DNA of 64,000 bases from a virus (taxonomy: Duplodnaviria; Heunggongvirae; Uroviricota; Caudoviricetes), in the IMG/VR virus record IMGVR_UViG_3300037882_002341, positions 958 to 64,957 of that record; one strand, written 5' to 3'. Of the stretch, positions 52,279-60,858 are shown piece after piece (positions within the stretch are counted from its first letter, which is position 1; every line of letters starts with the position of its first letter). The notes beneath the pieces were generated by a model that had not been told where the DNA came from, ran no database searches, and saw nothing but the letters and a program-made list of their open reading frames with translations. The translations under genes and the position numbers were made by a program.

Positions 52279-53010
52279 ATGAAGATCTTATTGGTAATGT
52301 TCTTGTTTCTTTTGGCTGGTTGTGGGACGCTTACACAACCCATCCAGGAGACAGACAAGGTCCTTGAGCAGAGGCTTCTCCAGATAGAGGACGCCACCAA
52401 GCGTCTGAAATCAGAAGCTATTGCCGAAGCACGAGACGCAGCAGTCGATCTCGTGTCTAAGGCAACTAAGAAGCTCGAGGATACTGGAAAGGAGGTGATC
52501 TCTCACGCTGCTAGTGAGCTCGATTCCAAGCTTGAAAAACGCCTTGATCAAGTAGATGTCATTCTTGAAAAGAGAATAGATCAAACAATGGTTAAGGTTG
52601 AGGGCGTAGTTGATCGTCAAAAGAACGACGCCACCGAGATTGTGAGAATGCTCATGAGGGACGAAGTCCCTGTAATGATCGAATCCTCTGTGGTAAAGTC
52701 TGCCGATAAAATAGCTGAAAGATTTGGCGCGGTTAAGAAGACCACTATTGGATCCGACGGTGTTCCAATGGAGGTCTGGGCCCTCGGTGGCTCAGGCCTC
52801 CTAGGAACTTTAATGGGAGCTTTCCAGTTCTTTAGAAACTATCTCAATACAAGGGCTGGACAACAGCGCTGGTCAGAAAAAGAGATAGAAGAAAAAGTAG
52901 ACAACCGTGTCTATAGGGCTGTCGTAGCAAGAGAAATAAATGGATCAATTAGCAATAGTGGTAGCTCTGATAATGGTTCCGGTTCTAGTTTTAGTTATAC
53001 CTCTTCTTAA
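52279..53010 (+). CDS. coiled-coil lipoprotein with a C-terminal hydrophobic segment
   Basis: LLAGC lipobox; long amphipathic helices; WALGGSGLLGTLMGAF. Confidence 0.72.
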   Translation: MKILLVMFLFLLAGCGTLTQPIQETDKVLEQRLLQIEDATKRLKSEAIAEARDAAVDLVSKATKKLEDTGKEVISHAASELDSKLEKRLDQVDVILEKRIDQTMVKVEGVVDRQKNDATEIVRMLMRDEVPVMIESSVVKSADKIAERFGAVKKTTIGSDGVPMEVWALGGSGLLGTLMGAFQFFRNYLNTRAGQQRWSEKEIEEKVDNRVYRAVVAREINGSISNSGSSDNGSGSSFSYTSS

Positions 53011-53371
53011 TAAACTACTCCGTACCCATATAGCTGAAAAGCAACTTAGTATTCTCACAGAGAATATTCAGGTGCAAGTCAACTCGTTTATGGGTCAGGC
53101 TGCGCGTATGAAGGCCGAGAACAAGGAAACACAAAAGCTAACCAAAGAACAAAGAGATGGACTTGAAGAACATGCCATCAATATGGCCCTTGAATCAACC
53201 AAGAGTATCCTTGGGGAACAATTTGTTTCCCCAACATTCCAGGATCTTCAGGCAAGAATCGCTTGCGCTGTGGGGTTAGCCAAGATGCAATTTGCTAGTT
53301 CCGGTATGGCAGACATAGTGGCTCTCAAAGAGATACTGAAAAATGAAGACGAAGATGAAGACGAAGAATAG
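52940..53371 (+). CDS. single-TM protein, holin-like
   Basis: N-terminal TM, helical body, acidic tail. Confidence 0.5.
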   Translation: MDQLAIVVALIMVPVLVLVIPLLNKLLRTHIAEKQLSILTENIQVQVNSFMGQAARMKAENKETQKLTKEQRDGLEEHAINMALESTKSILGEQFVSPTFQDLQARIACAVGLAKMQFASSGMADIVALKEILKNEDEDEDEE

Positions 53372-53406
53372 AGGCTACCATCACAGAGATAAATCTTCGA
53401 AGAGAA

Positions 53407-53847
53407 TTGGTTAAGTGGTTCCTAAAAAGGGCCCACTGGGTAGTCGTACGTTCAAGTAGTCTGCAATTATCGGGCGTGGTTGATACAGAAACTGGTCAGG
53501 TATCCGTAATAAACACGGGATTAAATAGGGCAGATGGGAAACCCTATACAGACTTCCTTGTAAAGTCTGACCGTAGAAAAGTGGTCCCCGATATTTCACT
53601 GGACACACGTGTTGGTGACATGGCATCTGGATCAGACCACTTCTATTTCGAACATTTTATCCCCATCAAAGAGGGAGATATGATTCTCGAAATCGAACTA
53701 CAAAGCACCGGAGATCCCGTGGTCCCCATTAGGATTAGAAAAGCCTACAAGGTTATTGATCCAGAAGATATGAGGGATGGCGCCGGTATAACACCGGGAA
53801 GAGTGGAATTTTTTCAATGCAAAGTTGAAATGATAAATGCCGGTTAG
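53407..53847 (+). CDS. putative head closure/neck protein (may start ~53380)
   Basis: FYFEH..PIKEGD.I.E...RD..GRVEF; position before tail genes. Confidence 0.6.
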   Translation: MVKWFLKRAHWVVVRSSSLQLSGVVDTETGQVSVINTGLNRADGKPYTDFLVKSDRRKVVPDISLDTRVGDMASGSDHFYFEHFIPIKEGDMILEIELQSTGDPVVPIRIRKAYKVIDPEDMRDGAGITPGRVEFFQCKVEMINAG

Positions 53848-53856
53848 AATAACTCA

Positions 53857-54402
53857 ATGCCCAACTTCATAAACCTAACAGGTCAACGATTTGGACGCCT
53901 GCTTGTCGTCCAAAGAGATGGCATCTATACTTCTCCCAAGGGGCACAAACTAATCTTGTGGAAGTGTATCTGTGATTGTGGCAACAATGTATCTGTCATA
54001 AGACCCAATCTTATGCGATGCAATACTAGTAGCTGTGGGTGTCTCAAGAAAGAATTGGGTGTAGTCAAAATGTCAGAAAGGAGAGGCGCACTTAACCCAA
54101 ACTGGAAGGGTGGTAGGACAAAGACGCCCGATGGCTACGTCCTCGTCGCGGCGCGTAATCACCCCAGTGCCAAGAAGCCACATTATAAAGTTGCAGAACA
54201 TAGACTTGTCATGGAGAAACATATCGGAAGATATTTATTAAAACATGAGAATGTTCACCATAAGAACGGTATCAAGGATGACAACAGAATAGAGAATCTA
54301 GAGCTCTGGTCCAGGTCCCAACCAACTGGTCAGCGTGTTGAGGATAAGCTTGCCTGGGCTTACGAGATCATAAAACTATATGAGCAGATAAATGCCGGAT
54401 AA
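53857..54402 (+). CDS. HNH homing endonuclease
   Basis: [44 protein letters not shown]. Confidence 0.93.
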   Translation: MPNFINLTGQRFGRLLVVQRDGIYTSPKGHKLILWKCICDCGNNVSVIRPNLMRCNTSSCGCLKKELGVVKMSERRGALNPNWKGGRTKTPDGYVLVAARNHPSAKKPHYKVAEHRLVMEKHIGRYLLKHENVHHKNGIKDDNRIENLELWSRSQPTGQRVEDKLAWAYEIIKLYEQINAG

Positions 54403-55555
54403 TCCAAACTTTAACCGACGTCTCTCTGCCTCTATACCCACAAAACCGGGTAAAGAAGAGCGTCCCAGGCTTAAAGAGGTTATCGGCAGACCTATCTTCG
54501 ACAAAAGATATATGTCCTGGAGGCTTGTTAATCCTAATCATAAACAGGCACATGATCCGGATCTAGACAGAGAAGGCCGCTGGCCACGCCAGCAGGCCGA
54601 CTCGTCATGTAACCTTCTACAGCTATATGAGCATATTGAATACTACGCACTAGAGAGTCAAACAGAATATAACCATTTTGGCTCAAGTCGGGTCTTAATG
54701 ATGCCCCACCAGGAGATCACACCACTACCTGGCTGGATGCTTTACGACAATGACACCAACGCTGTCTATACAGTAAAAGAAGTTTTAGTATCTCATGACC
54801 CACAGGGTCGTTCGGTATTTGATGGAAGAGTATTACTTTCTGAATCAGAGGGACCTGCAGAGGGACATAGGCTTTCCTGGATGGACCCCCTTGGGGAATT
54901 AGATGAGCAAATTAAGGTTATTCGCCTGATACACCAGGAAGAAATTAGACCACTCGTAGCCACCAGAAGACAAGAAGGTGATACGGCTGATGTTACCGGT
55001 AAGCCATTCTCTCCTATCATAGGTTATTCACTTATTAGGCGCGAGCCTGCATCTGTCTCAAATCATCCATTTGGGCCCGCAAGAGAGCTTAAACATAGAC
55101 TCAGAATGGTGGTTAGAGACCCAGAATCTCCAGATTTAATTCAAAAAGTTTGGGGTCAGTGGTATGACTGTCTGATTGAATTTCACGTATATGCCCTTGG
55201 ACCAAAGGTGGCAGATCGCATAGGAGTATGGTTAGAACACTTCTTTATGAGGTATAATCGTGTTCTCATGCAACTAGGTGTACAAAGAGTATTACCTTGG
55301 AGCATGCGTAGAGACAGTGAAGAGGCAAGAGCCATCCACGACTTGAGTGTACGCACAATTGAAATTTATTTCCGATTAGAAGACATACAAGTAGAGGTAG
55401 ATGGTCAAATAAAGAGTTACAATATAAAGCTTAATGTATCACAGGACACAGACCCTGCCCCCTGGTTTACGTCGGAACCTGAACTACCCTGCTTTGTAAC
55501 AGACACATCCGGACTTCCTTTGTTTGGTGACGCAGACATAGGAGATGACTACTAA
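54392..55555 (+). CDS. putative tail completion/terminator protein
   Basis: Directly upstream of the sheath; GQWYD..IEF...A.....AD....W.E.F. Confidence 0.6.
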   Translation: MPDNPNFNRRLSASIPTKPGKEERPRLKEVIGRPIFDKRYMSWRLVNPNHKQAHDPDLDREGRWPRQQADSSCNLLQLYEHIEYYALESQTEYNHFGSSRVLMMPHQEITPLPGWMLYDNDTNAVYTVKEVLVSHDPQGRSVFDGRVLLSESEGPAEGHRLSWMDPLGELDEQIKVIRLIHQEEIRPLVATRRQEGDTADVTGKPFSPIIGYSLIRREPASVSNHPFGPARELKHRLRMVVRDPESPDLIQKVWGQWYDCLIEFHVYALGPKVADRIGVWLEHFFMRYNRVLMQLGVQRVLPWSMRRDSEEARAIHDLSVRTIEIYFRLEDIQVEVDGQIKSYNIKLNVSQDTDPAPWFTSEPELPCFVTDTSGLPLFGDADIGDDY

Positions 55556-55570
55556 TGGAGACAGAATAAC

Positions 55571-57007
55571 ATGACTACGCCTTCCGCAAACTACTCTCTT
55601 CCTGGCGTAACAGTTAGTATAGGTGACTTTGGTCTTAGGATCAGTGCACCACTACCTGGACCTAAGCTTACTCTTATCGGCGCCACAACAAGCACACTTG
55701 GTGGCTCCGTTGATCTAAATGAGCCTTATCTTATTCAATCCTTCCCTACCGCCATAGTCGCTCTCAAGAACGCAGACGGGACAGACTCTGAGCTATCCCT
55801 GGCGGTAGAGAAGGCTGTTGAGGCCGGAGCGGATCACGTTGAGATTGTTATTTGCTCAGACTCCAGCTCGTATACAAACGAGAATGCGCGTTGGGACTCG
55901 CTCAAGGCGAGTCTTACAAGCCTTAAGCATCACCCATTAGACTGGGTAATCTCAGATAATGCTTGGTTCGATGCAACCGGTCTTACCGGTACTGGTCCAG
56001 ATGGAGAGGCGCGTACCGACTACCGTAGGATGTTTGGGGACTTCTGCCATCGTGCAACCGCAATAGGAAACACCGTCCGCGCAGTTGTTGGTATGAAGCC
56101 ACTTCTAAAGGTTGCTCTTGACGAGACTTGGTCTGTGGCACCAACCTCACAGAACCAGGTTGACTTTGATTACCCAACTCTCTCGCAGGTCAACGAATAT
56201 GAATACCACGTTCGTGGAGAGAATGGTGTTCTTGAGAACCACAGCGCCGAGACCACTCTAACAGGACACGTACAAGGTTCTGTTGAGGCTTCTCCTGGTG
56301 TGATTCACCCAGCCTATGATGGCTGGGCCAAGGACGACGATGGCTCCCAGGCCTACGACCATCTTGGTAATAAGGTTGATGGTGGTAGGGCAATCACTAT
56401 CTTCGGTGGTATCTGTCGCCAGGCACTATCTAGCACACGTACCAGAGCTGCACAACAGGGCTACGGTGGTGAGACAAGCCAGAATACTAATGGAGCCGTA
56501 GCTTTCGCTGCTGCTCTTACTAAGCTTCAGCCTGGAGAGTCTATTACCAACAAGACCATACCTTCTATTCTCCCAGCCAGAAGCATTCCTGCTTCGCTGG
56601 CCACAGCTCTCCTAAACGCAAGAATTTGCACCATGGTAAACAGGACAAATGGTTTCGTGGTATCCAAGGGTATCACTGCGGCGCACAACGCTGGACCATA
56701 CACTAAGTCTGACTTTACCAACATCTCAACCTACGATGTTGTTATCCTTGCTGTTGACATCTCTAAGGCCAGAGTCGAGAAGTATATTGGTAAGCAGTCA
56801 GCACCAGAGATAATCAACGCTATGCAAAACGAACTTGACCAGGGTCTACACACCCTGATTCAGGCCGGCTTAGCATCAAGAGTAACAGCCTCAATCATTC
56901 AAACAAGGGATCAACAGATCCTAGGAGATCTTGATATCGAACTCGATATCGTTCCTTACGGCGAGATCAGTACAATCAACTTCAGGGCCCTGCTACACAG
57001 AGAGTAA
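55571..57007 (+). CDS. tail sheath protein
   Basis: N-terminal LPGV.V; C-terminal KYIG...L.I.L.IVP.GEI..I; precedes the tube gene. Confidence 0.85.
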   Translation: MTTPSANYSLPGVTVSIGDFGLRISAPLPGPKLTLIGATTSTLGGSVDLNEPYLIQSFPTAIVALKNADGTDSELSLAVEKAVEAGADHVEIVICSDSSSYTNENARWDSLKASLTSLKHHPLDWVISDNAWFDATGLTGTGPDGEARTDYRRMFGDFCHRATAIGNTVRAVVGMKPLLKVALDETWSVAPTSQNQVDFDYPTLSQVNEYEYHVRGENGVLENHSAETTLTGHVQGSVEASPGVIHPAYDGWAKDDDGSQAYDHLGNKVDGGRAITIFGGICRQALSSTRTRAAQQGYGGETSQNTNGAVAFAAALTKLQPGESITNKTIPSILPARSIPASLATALLNARICTMVNRTNGFVVSKGITAAHNAGPYTKSDFTNISTYDVVILAVDISKARVEKYIGKQSAPEIINAMQNELDQGLHTLIQAGLASRVTASIIQTRDQQILGDLDIELDIVPYGEISTINFRALLHRE

Positions 57008-57029
57008 TCCCTAAAGGGGAAAATTAACT

Positions 57030-57716
57030 ATGCCTAATGCAACCTTTTCACAAACCTTCAACTCTTTTTGCGGGGTTGACATGTTGGTTACCTTTGGTAA
57101 CCAGGTCATTGGAGAGATCCAGGGACTTTCCTACACTATCACAAGAGAGAAGGCACCGCTCTACACCATGGGCAGTGCTAACCCCCGTTCGTTCAGTAGA
57201 GGCAAGAGAGGTATAGCGGGATCACTTATCTTCCTTGTATTCGATCGCTCGGCTATTCTCGAGACCCTTGGTAACCAAGAGAGCTCTAAGTATGTCGGTA
57301 ATGAGTATGAGGTACGACCAGATTATGACCCTCAGCGTATTACCTCGACAAATACAGCGTCTCAGCTAGGTGCAAGCAGCGTAGGCACACCAACCAGGAT
57401 AGGCGGCGTAGGTCTCAATGAGATAGGCGCCTCAAAGGTTCTGGCTAAGCCACAGTACCATGATCAGATTCTGCCATTCAACGTGTCTATCACCGCGGCC
57501 AATGAATATGGCCACGTGGCCAGCATGCACATCCTTGGTATTGAAATCATGAATTGCGGGAGTGGAATGTCCGTTGATGACATCACCGTTGATGAGTCCT
57601 GCACATTCGTATGCACCGATGTCATTGCCTGGGGCAACCAGAAGTTCATTCGTGGTGGCATTCAGGACGTATCTCGCAGAAGCGAAAGTCCTAAGGCTGG
57701 CGGAGGCCTGATCTAA
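57030..57716 (+). CDS. tail tube protein
   Basis: SF.G.D, Q..SY.I.REKAP.YTMG..PR.FSRGKRGIAGSL.F, DQI.PF..I.AANEYG. Confidence 0.8.
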   Translation: MPNATFSQTFNSFCGVDMLVTFGNQVIGEIQGLSYTITREKAPLYTMGSANPRSFSRGKRGIAGSLIFLVFDRSAILETLGNQESSKYVGNEYEVRPDYDPQRITSTNTASQLGASSVGTPTRIGGVGLNEIGASKVLAKPQYHDQILPFNVSITAANEYGHVASMHILGIEIMNCGSGMSVDDITVDESCTFVCTDVIAWGNQKFIRGGIQDVSRRSESPKAGGGLI

Positions 57717-57752
57717 TCTAGTATATTGCATTATAGAAATCTTCGGCGACAA

Positions 57753-57783
57753 TAAGGCGGTCTCTTAAAAGGGGGCCGCCTTA
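57753..57783 (+). terminator. hairpin after the tube gene
   Basis: TAAGGCGGTCTCT-TAAA-AGGGGGCCGCCTTA, directly abutting the next ATG. Confidence 0.5.
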
Positions 57784-58721
57784 TGTCTGCCAACTTCTTA
57801 CTCAATCCCAATAACGATCCGAGAGATCGTTTCCTCTATCGCCTAGGATTACTCACTGGCAAGAGCCAGCTTGGGACTAACTCTAGATTTGAGTCATTGA
57901 ACTGGGACAAGATTGTTAATAGACCTAGTTTCAATCCCCTGGATCCTCAATCTAAGATCCTAGTAAGAGATGATACTGTAGGAGAAGATCCTTATTTCAA
58001 CTCCTATTCTGGCACCGATGTATCCATTTATCTTTTGTTTGATGATGGCGATACAAACCAGGGTATAAGAAACTTCAGACCATTCAGGGAAATTCAGACT
58101 CTGTCTGTGTCATCCGCAAGATCAGTACATCCTGTACGTAGGCTGGGTGAGAGTCATGTCACTGAATACACAAGAGGAGCCAGGACCATAGCTGGCTCTA
58201 TGGTCTGTGTGTCAGGTGACAGAGACCCCTTGGCCAAGATAGCCGCAAAGTCTCTAAGAGAGAAGTCCAGTGATGTTCCATTCTTTACTGATGAGTTGCC
58301 AGCATTCAATATCCTTATTATGGCTTCTGATGAATATGGGAATGTTTCTCATGCAGCTCTAACAGATTTGACTATCACCAACTTCGGTCAAACCTTTTCT
58401 GCAGACGACCTTTACTTAGAAAACACCTATACCTATGTAGCAAGATACTACCATCCATTGCTTCCCGATCCAAGTGTACTTAATCATCTTCCACAGAGAT
58501 ATGGTCCACGCAATAGGGCGTCCAAAGTATTTATTAACGGCTGGGGCACAACCGGTGGAAGTGGAGATATAAAGAATTTTGTTAACGAGAGTAACATTTC
58601 CAATCTGGCCAGTGAACAGTTCGATGTCTCCATAGATCTGGATGCCGAAGACAGAGCCGTATCGAGAGAATGGTTGTTACGTCAAACTCTACTTAACCAA
58701 GCTGCGGGAACAGGTTCTTAA
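57783..58721 (+). CDS. tail tube-like paralog (tube initiator/baseplate hub)
   Basis: SYSG.D, QT.S.S..R...PVR.LG......TRG.RTIAGS, DELP.F.I....EYG. Confidence 0.72.
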   Translation: MSANFLLNPNNDPRDRFLYRLGLLTGKSQLGTNSRFESLNWDKIVNRPSFNPLDPQSKILVRDDTVGEDPYFNSYSGTDVSIYLLFDDGDTNQGIRNFRPFREIQTLSVSSARSVHPVRRLGESHVTEYTRGARTIAGSMVCVSGDRDPLAKIAAKSLREKSSDVPFFTDELPAFNILIMASDEYGNVSHAALTDLTITNFGQTFSADDLYLENTYTYVARYYHPLLPDPSVLNHLPQRYGPRNRASKVFINGWGTTGGSGDIKNFVNESNISNLASEQFDVSIDLDAEDRAVSREWLLRQTLLNQAAGTGS

Positions 58722-59453
58722 ATGTACGGTAACTATATTACTCCAAGTCAGAGTGCCATTTACATAGGTGAATACCATGTCGATGACTGTTACAGTATAG
58801 AGTGGAACTATAGAGATAATCGGAACCCTTTATATAGTTATTTCAACGACGAAGTGGTATCCACTTCTTTAGGTAAGAAGATAGTTGTTGGTTCCTTATC
58901 TATTAACTATAGATATCCTGGGTATCTACCGTGGGCCATTAAAGAAGCAAGAAGTATAAGTCTTAGTGGATCCATAGATGTTAAACAAATTCATCAAGAT
59001 GGTAGAAACTTTGTTGATACCTATTTAACAGAGATGAAGAATGGTACAGCTGCAGAGCGCATGAAGCTTCTACTCGCAGCGGCTATTGTTGGACCCAAGG
59101 CACTCAACAGAATGTCTGCCCTTGCCTACCTAAGTCAACAAGGCCTATCTTTGGGCCTAAGAGGGGTAGATAGTCAACAAGAGTTCCCTGATGTATTTGA
59201 CATACAAAATCCAGATCTAGATGTAGTTCCTGTTGACATTTGGACACATTTCGGCGACATTGACGAGACGCACGTTGCGGAGAAAATAGAAGGCGCTGTA
59301 TTTATCGGAGAGTCTCGACAAGTACAAGCAGGAGCATCGGCCTCTGGTGGACTGTCTGCCAGTGGCATAAACCTACTTGAAGTTTACTCTTTTTGGGCCA
59401 AAAAGGTAACCAAGTTTAGATTCGAAGGAGGAACGCTAGATAAGCGTTCATAA
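58722..59453 (+). CDS. second tail tube-like paralog
   Basis: P.Y.Y........GK.IV.GSL.INY..PGYL. Confidence 0.62.
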   Translation: MYGNYITPSQSAIYIGEYHVDDCYSIEWNYRDNRNPLYSYFNDEVVSTSLGKKIVVGSLSINYRYPGYLPWAIKEARSISLSGSIDVKQIHQDGRNFVDTYLTEMKNGTAAERMKLLLAAAIVGPKALNRMSALAYLSQQGLSLGLRGVDSQQEFPDVFDIQNPDLDVVPVDIWTHFGDIDETHVAEKIEGAVFIGESRQVQAGASASGGLSASGINLLEVYSFWAKKVTKFRFEGGTLDKRS

Positions 59454-59461
59454 GGAGAGAC

Positions 59462-60091
59462 ATGGATATCAAAGACATTGTGGCAGCAGCTATTCAGGAA
59501 GCAAAGAAGCCCGACGAGGACTTTACCTCAGAAGCCACACCTAGCACTGTTGTTATGGAGTCTGATCCTAAGCCTAGTATCGAAGCCTATGTTCAGGACA
59601 AGGTTACATCAAGCCCTGGCGAACTAATCGTAGTCACAGAGCATTTTGGTGAGAACACTGTGGTACCTGGATTCGAATCTTTTACCATAGGCTTAGCTCA
59701 GGTTTATGGACTTAAGTGGGGTGCTCTGGGAAGCTATCTCGAGTGGAAAGACAAGGCCTACCAGGCTCACCTTGTGCCAACTAGCGTTGGGGTCCACGTT
59801 GTCCGAGGCTTTAGCAGGAGAGAATGGTCCAGCTTGCAGAAGAAGATCCTTGAGCACACCAAGGATCGTATCACAAAGCACACAGAAGAGTCTTCGGATG
59901 CACGCTGGGCCGAGACCGAGATCCAGATGCACACAGAAGAGATGATTGTTGTAGCTGGTTCCTGCGATCCCAAATACACCATGGAGACAATACGCCAGGT
60001 TCCTACTGGTATAGTTAGTCATCTTGCTAACTGTGTCATGGTGGCTTCTGGTCATGAGACCAACCCATTGCCACCACTTGCACTAAAATAA
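59462..60091 (+). CDS. putative tail assembly chaperone
   Basis: VVR..SR.EW...E..V......P......PTG....LA..VM..SG; AAGGAG RBS. Confidence 0.6.
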   Translation: MDIKDIVAAAIQEAKKPDEDFTSEATPSTVVMESDPKPSIEAYVQDKVTSSPGELIVVTEHFGENTVVPGFESFTIGLAQVYGLKWGALGSYLEWKDKAYQAHLVPTSVGVHVVRGFSRREWSSLQKKILEHTKDRITKHTEESSDARWAETEIQMHTEEMIVVAGSCDPKYTMETIRQVPTGIVSHLANCVMVASGHETNPLPPLALK

Positions 60092-60096
60092 TCTCT

Positions 60097-60858
60097 GTGC
60101 AGTTCCCAGAAGAGCTTAAGGAACAGATTTCAAAATGGAGACGCATGGGGTACGAGCCCCATAGCGTCTCCATATCTAATTTGTCCAAGGAAACAATTGT
60201 TGTATTTAGAACCCTAACAAAAAGAGAATACGATGAACTAACCAGAAGCCCTCTCCACAATCCTCCTGAGGAATCTCGTTTTTTGGGCTCTCTGTACAAT
60301 ACTCAATTCCAAGAGATCATAGAGCTTGCTCTCCTGTGGCCAAGACCATTACCGGATGACTTACCCGCAGCGGCAGACAAGTTGATAGCAGAGGCTATCA
60401 TAGATGCCTCTGCTTGGATCAGTACAGAGAAACTTACCACGGGGTTAAATGAGGCCAGAGAAAAGGCAAGCAGTCTTGAGGGATTTCTTAGAAGCAGAGT
60501 CTTTGCGGCTTTCCCTACGATGTCCGTAGACGAAGTTAATGATCTCAGATTTACACAACTTATAGATCTTGTAGCAAGCTCAGAAATTATCACCGGCTTC
60601 CCTGTAGATCTTCAACCATGGTTAGATCCAGATGGTTATAGAAGTAAGATAGATAGACAGGAAAGAATGGGTAGAAGAATTCAACAGGAAAGAGAGGCGG
60701 GTATGAATGTTGATCCAAGAATGAAAGACCCCGCCTTCAGAAGAAAACTTATTGAACAAGCACAAGAATCCCGAGAAAGGCTCCATGCTCGACCAACTAA
60801 CGAAACAATAGATCTTAATAAGATGGCAGAGCAGTTGACAAAAGCAAAGAATGCCTAA
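60097..60858 (+). CDS. putative tail assembly chaperone 2
   Basis: VFR.LT..EY...LWP; GTG start; precedes the giant tail gene. Confidence 0.58.
   Translation: MQFPEELKEQISKWRRMGYEPHSVSISNLSKETIVVFRTLTKREYDELTRSPLHNPPEESRFLGSLYNTQFQEIIELALLWPRPLPDDLPAAADKLIAEAIIDASAWISTEKLTTGLNEAREKASSLEGFLRSRVFAAFPTMSVDEVNDLRFTQLIDLVASSEIITGFPVDLQPWLDPDGYRSKIDRQERMGRRIQQEREAGMNVDPRMKDPAFRRKLIEQAQESRERLHARPTNETIDLNKMAEQLTKAKNA

Noticed and set aside
59462-60858. Programmed frameshift between the tail chaperones
   Set aside because: No clear slippery heptamer near the first stop, and the second gene has its own promoter-like element and GTG start.
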